Of a stretch of 62,065 bases of DNA, positions 48,777 through 58,816 are shown piece by piece. Source of the stretch: an uncultured Campylobacterales bacterium. GTDB taxonomy: Bacteria; Campylobacterota; Campylobacteria; Campylobacterales; CAZCQG01. The DNA lies in contig CAZCQG010000005.1 in NCBI GenBank assembly GCA_964500775.1, forward strand, positions 12,853 through 74,917. Direction: 5' to 3'. Within the stretch, counting starts at the first letter, position 1; each line of letters opens with the position of its first letter. The position numbers and the translations under genes are program-made. Under the pieces are notes generated by a model, which was given only the letters and a program-made list of their open reading frames with translations, was not told where the DNA came from and did no database searches.

Positions 48777-49490
48777 TTAAGCCGTAATTGCCTCTAAAAT
48801 CGATTTTATCTCATTTGTAGGTATTTGTATGCCCTCGCTCGCTTTTACTCGTTTTAGCACCCTACAAGTGATTTCTAAGCGATATACGGGATAGCTTAAC
48901 TCTGATTGTCTAGCTTTATCGTAGTATTTTACTCTCTCTATGTGCTCTAAACCTATGGGGCGGTTGAGGTAGTAGGTACTTTGAAACCAACTCCCACGCC
49001 CATATTTATTAAGGCACTTAATGTCTAGCGGTTTCTCAAAGTCTATCGCTAAATCAAAGCCACTTAATCCAAACTTGTAAAAGAGGCATTGGATAAAGTC
49101 GTAATCTCGCTTGGGCTTCTTGTATTGAGCTAAGCCGTAAGCCTCTATCTCATAAGTGCGCCCATTTTTTTCTTGGGATGGTTTGATTATCACTCCGTTA
49201 TCTGCTAGGTATCGCTTACCGCCACTTTTTTTATTTTTAGCATTGATAGAAACTTTTGTGTGTGGTCTCACTCGCTCAAATTTTTTATTATGCGACGATA
49301 GGAATCTATGAAATGTATCTCTGTACACTTGAGCTCGTAGAGTATCTATCCCTATAATATAATTACTAATATTACTTATATTATTACTTATACTAGGAAA
49401 ACCACTCGCTAAGCCACTCAATAACTCTTTAGCTATAACACCGCCAAAGCCTAAAGGCTCGGGGTGCGTGTGTGATTCTAAGCTGCTCAT
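48777..49490 (-). CDS. Putative Rep_trans-like replication initiator/relaxase
   Basis: Motif order IGIDTL ... FDLAIDF ... YYDKARQ ... YRLEIT resembles Rep_trans DxL / (R)xDxAxD / YxK / RxE. Confidence 0.55.
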   Translation of the reverse strand: MSSLESHTHPEPLGFGGVIAKELLSGLASGFPSISNNISNISNYIIGIDTLRAQVYRDTFHRFLSSHNKKFERVRPHTKVSINAKNKKSGGKRYLADNGVIIKPSQEKNGRTYEIEAYGLAQYKKPKRDYDFIQCLFYKFGLSGFDLAIDFEKPLDIKCLNKYGRGSWFQSTYYLNRPIGLEHIERVKYYDKARQSELSYPVYRLEITCRVLKRVKASEGIQIPTNEIKSILEAITA

Positions 49491-49531
49491 TTTTAGTGCC
49501 TTGAAGCATCAAAAACTTGTAGTTTTGGAAT

Positions 49532-49807
49532 CTAATATGCATTACAAGCTTTTGAGGCTTGTTTTGCTATACTTTTGGCTGTTGCTTTCGGCTCGATTAT
49601 TTCCAAAATCTCATTTAGTTTTTTTGGATTTAATCGGGCTATCTTGCATCGCTTCCCCTCTTTACTCCATTTTCTGATTATTAGCCCATCTTCCTCAAGT
49701 GGTATAAGGTATTGATTACCATTGGAGTAGGGGATTTGAGAGGCTGTAAGCTCTCCCATCTCTTTTATCATTCTCAATACTGTGAGCTTTATGGTGTGCT
49801 TAGTCAT
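49532..49807 (-). CDS. Small basic protein, probable winged helix
   Basis: VLRMIKEMGELTASQI...LIPLEEDGLIIRKW pattern; element-borne. Confidence 0.55.
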   Translation of the reverse strand: MTKHTIKLTVLRMIKEMGELTASQIPYSNGNQYLIPLEEDGLIIRKWSKEGKRCKIARLNPKKLNEILEIIEPKATAKSIAKQASKACNAY

Positions 49808-50097
49808 TCAGCACCCCCTAGAAGCTCTTGATAGAGCTCTTCTACCTCGTTTATCATCTTGATATTTGAGCTTAGAAGCTTTTTTATCCCATCATCTGTG
49901 AAGTATATGCTTAGCGTGGGCTCTACCCCGTTTACAGTAGTAAAAGCTCCAAATCCTACATTAAAGTCTTTTGTAAACTCAAGCTCTGAAAAATCAACAT
50001 TGTAAAGCTTAGTAGCATACTCGGGGGAGAATATCGCTCCCATACACTCATTAATACTTGCTTCTTGTATGGCTTTGAATTTATCGTAGATAGTCAT
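49804..50097 (-). CDS. Hypothetical element protein
   Basis: 97 aa ORF with ATGA overlaps on both sides. Confidence 0.65.
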   Translation of the reverse strand: MTIYDKFKAIQEASINECMGAIFSPEYATKLYNVDFSELEFTKDFNVGFGAFTTVNGVEPTLSIYFTDDGIKKLLSSNIKMINEVEELYQELLGGAE

Positions 50098-50261
50098 TCT
50101 CCACCCCCTAGAAGCTTTTGCACCTCTGATTCGGGTATAACTGTGACTCTGTCACTAATTTTGATAGATTTGAGTTTGCCTTGTTTAATCCAAAGCCAAA
50201 TAGTGGATTCTCCCACACCTAATTTTTCTTTGAGAGTTTTAACTCTATAATTTTTCTCCAT
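50094..50261 (-). CDS. AlpA/excisionase-like HTH protein (absent from the ORF track)
   Basis: 55 aa MEKNYRVKTLKEKLGVGESTIWLWIKQGKLKSIKISDRVTVIPESEVQKLLGGGE; its stop overlaps the next start. Confidence 0.8.
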   Translation of the reverse strand: MEKNYRVKTLKEKLGVGESTIWLWIKQGKLKSIKISDRVTVIPESEVQKLLGGGE

Positions 50262-50428
50262 CTGGAGTCCTTTCCTAGCTTCCTGCTAGTAGGACTTAAA
50301 GCTTTAAGATTTTAGCCTCAAGCATTAATTGGATTTACTTGTAGCTCTCTAATCGTCATTAGATTGTGCAAGTTTGGCATAACAGAAAGTAGTAGTTTTT
50401 GTGGTTTCCCCCATTTTGGGGAAAGTGC

Positions 50429-50968
50429 TTATTTTAGGGCTGTGAAGTAGTCTAAATATTCTTTTTTTGCTTCTTCTATTACTCCTTGTTTGTTTAGAAA
50501 AGCTCCTAATTCTTTATTTGTGGCTGTTATTTTTGTAGATTCTGTTGTATAGAAGTAGTGCTTTGGATTCTCCAAAAAGTCATTGATTATATTTATTAGC
50601 TCACTCCCTTTTTGTGTCTTTACCATATAATCCAAATCCTCTTTGACTTTTGATAGTCGCTCTTTGTTTCTAGCTATTAACTCTTTTTGGGTTTTCTTTT
50701 TTGTCTTTTTGCCGTTTTTTAATTTTCCAGCATCATCAAATTTTCGTGCTGCTTCCTTTGTGCCGATACTCATTAAATAATTTGAAGTGTGTATTAGTAA
50801 ATCCTCTATCTCTCCACTATCCCAATACTTCAAATATCGATTGTTTATAAGCCACGATTCTATGAAACTTTCGTGTCCTAACAAAGAGATGCAACCTACA
50901 TATTTTTTTATACTATTATTGTGTTTTTCAAATAGCTCTTTTAGCTTTTTTATATCATCTCGTTCCAT
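50429..50968 (-). CDS. Hypothetical element protein
   Basis: 179 aa Lys-rich ORF overlapping the integrase end by 14 nt. Confidence 0.65.
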   Translation of the reverse strand: MERDDIKKLKELFEKHNNSIKKYVGCISLLGHESFIESWLINNRYLKYWDSGEIEDLLIHTSNYLMSIGTKEAARKFDDAGKLKNGKKTKKKTQKELIARNKERLSKVKEDLDYMVKTQKGSELINIINDFLENPKHYFYTTESTKITATNKELGAFLNKQGVIEEAKKEYLDYFTALK

Positions 50969-52235
50969 TTTTTACCTCATCTAAAAAATCAGCGTACCAT
51001 TGCAATAACTCTCTCATTTGCTCGGTGTAATCCGCTCGGTGCGTATACGCTCTTACAACCCCGCTTTTTTCGTGGTGGTCTAAAACCCTCTCTTTTGCTT
51101 CAAACGTGGCGTTATGTTGGTTTTGATATGTGTCTACTAAGCTCCGATATGTGCCCCTAAAGCTATGTAAGGTTTGCTTCTTATTATTTGCCTTATCCCC
51201 ATACCCCATAATCCTTAACGCCTTATTTCCCGTCTCTTTGTTTATAGGGGCGTTGATGTCTTTTTTTCCGTGAAATACCCATCTACCCCACCCCGTGAGT
51301 TTCTTTATATCTTCTAGTATCTTTATGGCTTGATGCGATAATGGCAACACGAAGTCCGGCAGATTCTTATCTTTTAGTTTCATTTCGGAGCGTGGGATTC
51401 TTAGTACCTTTTTATCAAAATCTATTTGCTCCCATTGTAGATTACATAAGTTATCGGCTCTTAGGGGGACAATGCTTACAAACTTCAATAAAGCTCTCGT
51501 TATAGGTTCGCCGTGATAGTTGTCTATCTTTTGGAATAACTCTTGTAATGTTTCAATGTCGGTTATTTTCGAGTAACTACTTTTTTCGACCTTTTTAAGT
51601 GCGTTTTTTGAAATCTTTAGCGTTGCAAGCTCTTCCGTATATCCCCGCTCATACGCATATACCCATAAAGCCCTACAATCCGCTAAAAGCCTGTTCGCCG
51701 ATTCTATTGCCGTTTTCTCTTTTTGTTGTAAAACTTCTAATAGCTTGTAGTGCGTAATGTCGGAGATATTGAGAGATGAGGTTATATTATGGTCTTTGTC
51801 GTAGGTACAAAAGTGGGGGAATAAATCTCTTTCAAAATTTCGATATTTTCTATCTTTGTGTGTTTGGCTGCAAGTCAATCTATCGTAAATCCACTCTCTC
51901 ACTATCAAATGAAATTGATTACTTGATTGTTTTTTCTCTAGCTCTTTTTTTTCCCTATGGAAATTTATCGGGTCTACCCCCTCGGAAACTAAAGAGAGAT
52001 ATTCATCCCTTTTATCTCTTGCATCTTTTAATTTTACGGTAGGATAGTTTCCTAGTGTGGTTTTTTTGGCTTTTCCCTTTATCGTAAATCTAATCTCCCA
52101 AAGCTTGCTTCCGTTTGGTTTGATTAGCAACTGCAACCCGCCTCCATCTCTTAGCGTGTAATCTTTATCTTTAGGTTTTGCACTTCTTATCGTCTTATCG
52201 AGTAATAAGTTGCTTCCACGTTGCATATTAGCCAT
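50955..52235 (-). CDS. int: Tyrosine integrase (P4-like, with arm-binding domain)
   Basis: KPKDKDYTLRDGGGLQL..KPNGSKLW...LGNYPTVKLKDAR arm domain; catalytic R (PLRADN), HSFR, LDH, Y (VRAYTH). Confidence 0.95.
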   Translation of the reverse strand: MANMQRGSNLLLDKTIRSAKPKDKDYTLRDGGGLQLLIKPNGSKLWEIRFTIKGKAKKTTLGNYPTVKLKDARDKRDEYLSLVSEGVDPINFHREKKELEKKQSSNQFHLIVREWIYDRLTCSQTHKDRKYRNFERDLFPHFCTYDKDHNITSSLNISDITHYKLLEVLQQKEKTAIESANRLLADCRALWVYAYERGYTEELATLKISKNALKKVEKSSYSKITDIETLQELFQKIDNYHGEPITRALLKFVSIVPLRADNLCNLQWEQIDFDKKVLRIPRSEMKLKDKNLPDFVLPLSHQAIKILEDIKKLTGWGRWVFHGKKDINAPINKETGNKALRIMGYGDKANNKKQTLHSFRGTYRSLVDTYQNQHNATFEAKERVLDHHEKSGVVRAYTHRADYTEQMRELLQWYADFLDEVKNGTR

Positions 52236-52250
52236 AATGTACCTCTTGTT

Positions 52251-52312
52251 AATGTACTTTGAAAAGCATATTTTTTGAAGTACATTAGTTAAAGTACATT
52301 TAAAAGTACATT
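52251..52312. repeat. Arm-type repeat cluster AAAGTACATT
   Basis: Inverted copy at 52251-52260, near copy at 52277-52286, exact copies at 52291-52300 and 52303-52312; two more exact copies at 48074-48083 and 48086-48095. Confidence 0.85.
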
Positions 52313-52425
52313 AAATACTTGGTTTCTATTGATTTTTGTTAGATTGTATTGGAGGGAAAATATTGGGTAAAGTCCCTATTTATCGTGCTTTGTAAGGGAC
52401 TGTTAGATTTGGTTAGATTAAAGAA

Positions 52426-52790
52426 TGGTGGAGCTGTGCGGAATCGAACCGCAGTCCGATGATACAGCCCACAAGGGTCTCTACATGCTTAGATAGGGTT
52501 AGAGTAATTTAAGCAGGCTTCGCACCACCCCCAAAACTGTGCCTGCCGATCCCATTCGTCATACCGGAGGCGGGAGATTCCGATACCAAGCCATCTAGTG
52601 GTTAAGCCGCGATCTCTTTAGATAGCATCAAGAGAGGCGACTGCTCCTAAAAAGGATTAGGCTGCTTTTACAGCAGCTGGAGCGTAATTTGTATTGTTTG
52701 CGTTTATTGTTCGCTGGCAGTTTTACGGTGTACCAAGACCGACATGCAACCCAAGCTACCGTACCAGCGTCGAAATCCCTGGTCAGCCCC
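52426..52790 (-). ncRNA. ssrA: tmRNA
   Basis: 5' GGGGCTGACCAGGGATTTCGAC; 3' GGTTCGATTCCGCACAGCTCCACCA with G3.U pair; tag frame (A)ANNTNYAPAAVKAA* at 52657-52701. Confidence 0.97.
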
Positions 52791-52808
52791 TTAGAATCCT
52801 AGCGCGAG

Positions 52809-53549
52809 TTAAGAATTGATTTTCTCTTTGATCTCTTTTGCGAGGGCGGTGATTTTAGTCATTTTTTCACTGTTTGTCAAGCGCTCGTCGGTGAGCAGCC
52901 TCACAAATGCGCTCCCTACGATGACTCCATCGACATCTCTGCTTTTTTCTTTAGCATTCTCCGCATTTACGCCAAACCCCAAAAACACCTCGCGATTTGT
53001 GGCGTTTCTGATACTTGCCGTGAGCGCACTTAGATCTTCGCTCTTGCCCGCACCCGTGATGCCGGCATACGCGACGAGATAGATAAACCCTTTACCGTTA
53101 TTGGCGATCATCTTCACTCTATCTTCGGTGTCGGTCGGAGCGATGAAATCGACAAGCTCCACGCCGCTATTTTCAAATAGCGCTTTATAAGCGAGCGATT
53201 CTTCATAAGGCATATCGGGGATGATAAATCCGCTGACGTTCCCCTTTTTCGCCTCTTCTATGAAAAAATCCATCCCTCGGTGGTAAAAAGGGTTGAGATA
53301 CCCCATCCAGTAGAGCTTAGATTCTCGCTTGGCTTTTTGCGATATTTCAAAGATGTCTTTTATCTTAAAGCCGCTTTTGAGCGCAAGCATATTTGCCTGC
53401 TCGATTACGGGACCATCTGCCACAGGATCGGAAAAAGGGATACCCAGCTCGATATAGTCGGCTCCCGCCAAAGAGAGCGATTCTAAAAGCTCTATCGTGA
53501 AATTTTTATCGGGATAACTCGCCGTCACGTACGCAACTAATTTTTTCAT
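52809..53549 (-). CDS. trpA: Tryptophan synthase alpha chain
   Basis: IELGIPFSDPVADGPVI, GFIIPDMP, FIYLVAYAGITG, DGVIVGSAFV. Confidence 0.97.
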   Translation of the reverse strand: MKKLVAYVTASYPDKNFTIELLESLSLAGADYIELGIPFSDPVADGPVIEQANMLALKSGFKIKDIFEISQKAKRESKLYWMGYLNPFYHRGMDFFIEEAKKGNVSGFIIPDMPYEESLAYKALFENSGVELVDFIAPTDTEDRVKMIANNGKGFIYLVAYAGITGAGKSEDLSALTASIRNATNREVFLGFGVNAENAKEKSRDVDGVIVGSAFVRLLTDERLTNSEKMTKITALAKEIKEKINS

Positions 53550-53953
53550 ATTTTTATCAATTCCTTAGGAGGTGTCTCTATTTTTTCATTGACGGGTGCG
53601 AGTTCTTCGTCGTTATTAAAGTTTTTGAGCCAAAGATTCATCTGGTCGCTCACAAGCAATAACCAGTCGATAAAACTCTCGCTCGCCGCCCCTTCCAAAG
53701 CTCGGGCGCGCTCCAGTACGTCTTCGACTTTCATAAAAAACGTATTCATCGTTTGTATCTTTAAAAAACCGGTCGCGGATTTGATATTGTGCGCTACTCG
53801 AAAAAGGCTGTTGATGCCTACGCTATAGTTTTCTTGATGCGCTAAAGATATGATTGTCGGCTCTAGAGTCTCGGTCATTATCGTATAGTGTGAGATAAAC
53901 TCATCGACTATATCAAAATCGAACTCTTCCTGCAGCCTTGTCGTAATCCCCAA
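53546..53953 (-). CDS. Stand-alone Hpt phosphotransfer protein
   Basis: LFRVAHNIKSATGFL His-box; probable TTG start at 53953. Confidence 0.8.
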   Translation of the reverse strand: MGITTRLQEEFDFDIVDEFISHYTIMTETLEPTIISLAHQENYSVGINSLFRVAHNIKSATGFLKIQTMNTFFMKVEDVLERARALEGAASESFIDWLLLVSDQMNLWLKNFNNDEELAPVNEKIETPPKELIKI

Positions 53954-54034
53954 ACTTGCTCCGCCCCTTAATGAAAAGTATAATGTTATCAATTTTGTAA
54001 TAAAATCCCTTACAAGTTAGTAAAGGTCTTAAAG

Positions 54035-54823
54035 ATGAAAAAAACCACCGTAGGAAGCATACGAAATTCCAAAGGAAAAGAGCCACTAGTCGTCATCACG
54101 GCGTATGATGCCCTTTTCGCGAGACTTTTTTGCCAAGAAGCGGACATCTTGCTTGTCGGCGATTCGCTCAATATGAGCTTTCTAGGCAAAAAGGACACTC
54201 TAAGCGCCACGCTAGAGCAGATGATCTACCACACCCAAGCAGTCTGTGCGGGAGCGTCCGAATCTTTCGTGGTGCTTGATATGCCTTTTGGGACTTATAA
54301 CGACAAAACTCTCGCTCTCGCAAACTGTATCAAAGTCTACAAAGAGACAAATGCAAGCGCGGTAAAAATCGAAGGGGGTATCGACAAAGCAGAGATCATC
54401 TCCCATTTGGTGCACAACGGAATCGCGGTGATGGGACATATAGGACTTATGCCCCAATTCGTCCGCGCCGAGGGTGGATACAAGATAAAAGGGAAAGATG
54501 AAGTGAGCACCGAATCGCTCATCAAAGACGCAAAAGCGGTAGAATCCGCAGGTGCGTTTGCCATCGTCATCGAAGGGGTCAAAAGCGAAAGTGCGGCAAA
54601 AGTCGCCGCAAGCGTGGACATCCCCCTCATAGGTATCGGCTCGGGCAACGGCGTGGACGGACAGGTGCTGGTGTGGAGCGATATGTTTGGATTCTTCACC
54701 GAGTTTTGCCCAAAATTCGTCCGCAAATATATGGATGGCGCAACACTCATCAAAGAGGGGATGCAGCGATATGCCAAGGATGTAAAAAGTAGGGATTTCC
54801 CAAATAGCGAAGAAAGTTACTGA
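54035..54823 (+). CDS. panB: 3-methyl-2-oxobutanoate hydroxymethyltransferase
   Basis: [48 protein letters not shown]. Confidence 0.97.
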   Translation: MKKTTVGSIRNSKGKEPLVVITAYDALFARLFCQEADILLVGDSLNMSFLGKKDTLSATLEQMIYHTQAVCAGASESFVVLDMPFGTYNDKTLALANCIKVYKETNASAVKIEGGIDKAEIISHLVHNGIAVMGHIGLMPQFVRAEGGYKIKGKDEVSTESLIKDAKAVESAGAFAIVIEGVKSESAAKVAASVDIPLIGIGSGNGVDGQVLVWSDMFGFFTEFCPKFVRKYMDGATLIKEGMQRYAKDVKSRDFPNSEESY

Positions 54824-55833
54824 TGGAACGAATCATCGAGATAGAAAAGATAAGCTTCGACAAAGAGGAGGAGTTTAGCCTCCGTCCCAAAGAGTGGGAT
54901 GATTATGTCGGACAAGAGAAGATAAAAGACAACTTGCGGGTCTTTATCGACGCAAGTAAAAAGCGCAAAGAGCCGCTCGATCACGCCCTCTTTTTCGGAC
55001 CTCCGGGGCTAGGAAAGACGACGCTCGCACACATCATCGCCCACCAAATGGATGCCAATATCAAAGTCACCGCCGCACCGATGATAGAAAAGAGCGGCGA
55101 CTTGGCGGCGATTTTGACAAATCTAGAATCTAACGACATCCTCTTTATCGATGAGATTCATAGGCTCTCGCCCGCGATAGAGGAGATACTCTACCCCGCG
55201 ATGGAGGACTTCCGCATCGACATCATCATAGGTTCAGGACCTGCGGCGCAGACGGTGAAGCTTGATTTGCAAAAATTTACCCTCATCGGCGCGACTACAC
55301 GGGCGGGGATGATCAGCAACCCGCTTCGCGATAGATTCGGGATGAACTTTAGACTGGAGTTTTACAATCGCGACGAACTCGCCCAAATCGTCCAAAAAGC
55401 CTCGCGCAAGCTCAATAAATACTGTAACGACGACGCGGCGTTAGAGATCGCCAAACGCTCTCGCGGTACACCGAGAATCGCTTTGCGACTATTGCGGCGT
55501 GTACGAGATTTCGCCGAAGTAGAGAATGAAGACGCCATCTCCTTGGAGCGGTGCCGATTTGCCCTCGATAGGCTCGGGGTCAATGATCTAGGGTTTGATG
55601 ATATGGACTTGCGCCTCCTCCAGCTACTTGCCGAATCACGCGGCAAACCACTAGGGCTAAGCACTATCTCTGCGGCTTTGAGCGAGGATGAAGGGACGAT
55701 AGAGGACGTGGTAGAACCCTACCTGCTTGCCAACGGATTCTTGGAGCGCACCGCTCGAGGACGGGTCGCTACCTACAAGACCTACGAGATTCTGAAGTTT
55801 GAAGGGCTTACGCCGCAGGGGAGCTTGTTTTAG
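54823..55833 (+). CDS. ruvB: Holliday junction branch migration helicase RuvB
   Basis: [44 protein letters not shown]. Confidence 0.98.
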   Translation: MERIIEIEKISFDKEEEFSLRPKEWDDYVGQEKIKDNLRVFIDASKKRKEPLDHALFFGPPGLGKTTLAHIIAHQMDANIKVTAAPMIEKSGDLAAILTNLESNDILFIDEIHRLSPAIEEILYPAMEDFRIDIIIGSGPAAQTVKLDLQKFTLIGATTRAGMISNPLRDRFGMNFRLEFYNRDELAQIVQKASRKLNKYCNDDAALEIAKRSRGTPRIALRLLRRVRDFAEVENEDAISLERCRFALDRLGVNDLGFDDMDLRLLQLLAESRGKPLGLSTISAALSEDEGTIEDVVEPYLLANGFLERTARGRVATYKTYEILKFEGLTPQGSLF

Positions 55834-56957
55834 AGATTTATCTCAAAACACGCCCAACCGTCGAGATTGTAAGCGCTTATTGCACCCTCAAAGTTATTTT
55901 CGATAATCGATTTGCACATATATAAACCAATCCCCGTACCGCTTTGTTCTTTTGTGGTGACGTAGGATTCAAAGAGTTTCTCGGGCAATAAATCGGCATC
56001 GATTCCCCCGCCGTTGTCGCATATTTTTATATTTATCCGCTCTTCTTTGGAGACGTATATCTCTATTTTTCCGTCTCTTCGAGCGCTTTTTTTGATAGCA
56101 TCTTTGGCATTGGAGACAATATTGAGCGCGACTTGTTTAAACTCATTCTCATACCCTTTGACAAACAGACTCTTGTCAGCCTCGAATTTCACCTCGATAC
56201 CCGCATCGACGAGGGCTGGAAACACCATATCCAAAACCGATTGCAGGGCATTGGCGATATTAAACATCATTTTCTCTTTCGAGGGCTTGAAGAAATCGCC
56301 GAAGTTGCTTATCGTATCGGACATAAACTGTACGTTATCGTCTATTTTTTCAAGCATTTCATAAATATCAGTAAACTCTGCGGCACGCTCCGATTTTTTG
56401 AGCGCTTGTTTGACGTTGGCACTCAAAAGCGATGTGACCGTAAGGGGCTGCTTGAATTGGTGGGAGATATTTCCGATAGCATCCCCTACCGAAGACATTT
56501 TGGATTGTTGTATCAAAAGCTCTTCGCTTTTTCTCCGTTTGTCCGCCTCGGCACGCACCATCTCTTCGAGCATCGCTTGATAGCTTCGCAACTCCAAATG
56601 TACCTTAACCCTAGAGACTAGCTCTTGTTCGTTAAAAGGCTTCGTGACGTAATCGACGCATCCGCATTCAAAACCTAGCGAAACACTCTCATGATCCCCC
56701 CTAGCGCTCACGAAAATAATAGGAATCATAGCCGTTCTTTCGTTCAGCTTTATCTGTTTGCACACTTCAAACCCATCCATATCGGGCATCATAATATCTA
56801 ATAAAACGAGATCGTATCTGCTTTGCGCCAGTCGCTCCAACGCCTCGATACCGCTAGTAGCAAAAGCGGAGTTTATATCGTGCTCTTTGAGCATACTCGC
56901 GGCAAGTTGAATATTTTTCGGGTTGTCGTCTACTATGAGCACCTCGCTACTAAACAT
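55830..56957 (-). CDS. Receiver-histidine kinase hybrid
   Basis: [38 protein letters not shown]. Confidence 0.92.
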   Translation of the reverse strand: MFSSEVLIVDDNPKNIQLAASMLKEHDINSAFATSGIEALERLAQSRYDLVLLDIMMPDMDGFEVCKQIKLNERTAMIPIIFVSARGDHESVSLGFECGCVDYVTKPFNEQELVSRVKVHLELRSYQAMLEEMVRAEADKRRKSEELLIQQSKMSSVGDAIGNISHQFKQPLTVTSLLSANVKQALKKSERAAEFTDIYEMLEKIDDNVQFMSDTISNFGDFFKPSKEKMMFNIANALQSVLDMVFPALVDAGIEVKFEADKSLFVKGYENEFKQVALNIVSNAKDAIKKSARRDGKIEIYVSKEERINIKICDNGGGIDADLLPEKLFESYVTTKEQSGTGIGLYMCKSIIENNFEGAISAYNLDGWACFEINL

Positions 56958-58635
56958 CACTCTCCTTTTTCGGCAATATCGTTTGAAATAATCCCATAAG
57001 TTTTTTTATCACCGAGATGTCGAACTTATCGACCGCGCTAATAATCTCCTCGGCATATTTTTCCAATGATTCCTCGTTTTTCTCCGACGCAAACGCCTTA
57101 AGCTCTTTGGCAAAAGCGGTTATCTCCTCAAATTTTGCGTTTTTACGCGCCTCATTCCATTTGGTAAAAAAGCGTTCATACACCTCTTGCGCCGTGATTT
57201 TTTGAAGTGCGATTTCCTCTATACTCCCCCGCCTATGAGCGCTCTTTGGTTCTTGAACACTCGTATGGGGCAGATACCTTGCAAGCAGCGACTTCAATTC
57301 ATACGCGCTAAAAGGCTTAGAGAGATAATCATCGAAAAGGGTACTAAAATTTTTCTTGTCTTTGGGCATAGCCGAAAAGGCAATGAGAGGAATTTTTTCA
57401 AATCCTTTTATCGCCCGAAGCTCTTTAGCGCACTCATACCCATCCATATCGGGCATCGCAATATCGAGCAATACGAGGTCTATTTTTTTATAACTCGCTA
57501 CTTTGAGTGCCTCTTCCCCACTACTGGCTTCTACGATTCTGATGGCAGTGGATTCGAGTATCCCTTTGACCAATTCACGATTTCTTGCGACGTCATCGAC
57601 TACCAATAAAATAGATTCCGTGAAATTTATATCAACATTTTCTAACGCATTTGAGTGCAGCACCTCTTCGGTGCATATTGCCACACTATCGATGACCACC
57701 GAAAACCTCGATCCGCTCCCAAGCTCGCTTTTTAAGAGTATCTCTCCGCCGAGCTTTTCCACGAGTCTTTTTGAGATAGAGAGTCCCAGTCCCGTCCCCT
57801 CCAAGCCTTGGGTTTTTAGAGTCGACTGCTCAAACGCCTCAAAAATGAGCTGCTGTTCAAAAGGCGATATGCCGATACCGGTATCCACGACGCTTATCTC
57901 TATCTTTGCCCTATTGTTTTTTTTCTCGACGCAATTTGCCAAAACGGTGATTTTTCCGACGTTTGTGAATTTTATGGCGTTACCCAAAAGATTAAAGAGC
58001 ACCTGTGCTAATCTCGCCTTATCGGATAAAAAGCACACGGGGAAATTGGAATCGATAAAAAACTCCAACTCCAAGGCCTTTTCCTTGCTTTTCTCTTTAA
58101 ATACGAGTTCCAACTCATAAAACATCTCTTTGATAGAGAGGGGAGAGTGGTTTATCTCTATTTTCCCCGCCTCTATTTTTGAAATATCCAAAATGTCGTT
58201 TATAAGTTTTAAGAGCATCTTGCCGCTGCTTTTTATGGAGCTAAGATAGTACTTTTGTTTCTCGTCGGTATTTGTTTTCTCTAAAAGCTCGGCAAAACCT
58301 AGTACGGCATTGAGCGGCGTGCGTATCTCATGGCTGATATTTGCGACGAACGCGGACTTGGCGATGCTCGCTTTCTCGGCTTTGCTTAGGGCTAACTCTA
58401 GCTCTTTTTTCGTATTTGCGAGTTTTTGATTGAGTATTTTGAGCTTGGTATTCCAGTAGATAAAAATAAAGATGACAAACGCCGCCCCTAAAAACATCGC
58501 CCACATTGCTTTATGGTCGTATTCGTTTTCGGTATAAATTTTTTGGATTTCGATCTCTACGGCATCCGTTTGCAATACTCCGACTATGCCGATTAAGAAA
58601 AACGATAGGAGCAATAAAGTAAAATATTTTTTCAC
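56950..58635 (-). CDS. Hybrid histidine kinase with very short periplasmic loop
   Basis: Two TM segments about 22 aa apart, [34 protein letters not shown]; probable GTG start at 58635. Confidence 0.9.
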   Translation of the reverse strand: MKKYFTLLLLSFFLIGIVGVLQTDAVEIEIQKIYTENEYDHKAMWAMFLGAAFVIFIFIYWNTKLKILNQKLANTKKELELALSKAEKASIAKSAFVANISHEIRTPLNAVLGFAELLEKTNTDEKQKYYLSSIKSSGKMLLKLINDILDISKIEAGKIEINHSPLSIKEMFYELELVFKEKSKEKALELEFFIDSNFPVCFLSDKARLAQVLFNLLGNAIKFTNVGKITVLANCVEKKNNRAKIEISVVDTGIGISPFEQQLIFEAFEQSTLKTQGLEGTGLGLSISKRLVEKLGGEILLKSELGSGSRFSVVIDSVAICTEEVLHSNALENVDINFTESILLVVDDVARNRELVKGILESTAIRIVEASSGEEALKVASYKKIDLVLLDIAMPDMDGYECAKELRAIKGFEKIPLIAFSAMPKDKKNFSTLFDDYLSKPFSAYELKSLLARYLPHTSVQEPKSAHRRGSIEEIALQKITAQEVYERFFTKWNEARKNAKFEEITAFAKELKAFASEKNEESLEKYAEEIISAVDKFDISVIKKLMGLFQTILPKKESDV

Positions 58636-58661
58636 TAAAAGTTTCCTTGATGAAATAAAGC

Positions 58662-58689
58662 ACAACATTTTATTAAAATAAAGTGTTGT
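58662..58689. promoter_or_regulatory. Inverted repeat in a divergent promoter region
   Basis: ACAACATTTTAT-N4-ATAAAGTGTTGT, 11/12 arm match. Confidence 0.45.
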
Positions 58690-58816
58690 TTTGATGTTAA
58701 AATAGTGATTGGTGATAAAAAATTATACAATTACCATCTTTTTGACACTTCAATGAGATATGATTGTACTATAAATCTAAAAAAATATTATGCCGCATTC
58801 GACTGGGGGAATATCT

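Larger units (their letters stand above)
47985..52450 (-). mobile_element. Small integrative element at ssrA (integrase, AlpA/Xis-like, Rep_trans-like)
   Basis: Integrase next to the ssrA 3' end, att-like repeat at the far end, AAAGTACATT repeats inside both ends, visibly AT-richer than the flanks, all genes co-oriented. Confidence 0.85.

Noticed and set aside
48074-52312. CRISPR array from the short repeats
   Set aside because: Repeats are 9-19 bp without unique 30-40 bp spacers, and no cas genes; no CRISPR array was seen anywhere in the window
47985-52450. Intact prophage
   Set aside because: No structural, packaging or lysis genes, and too small
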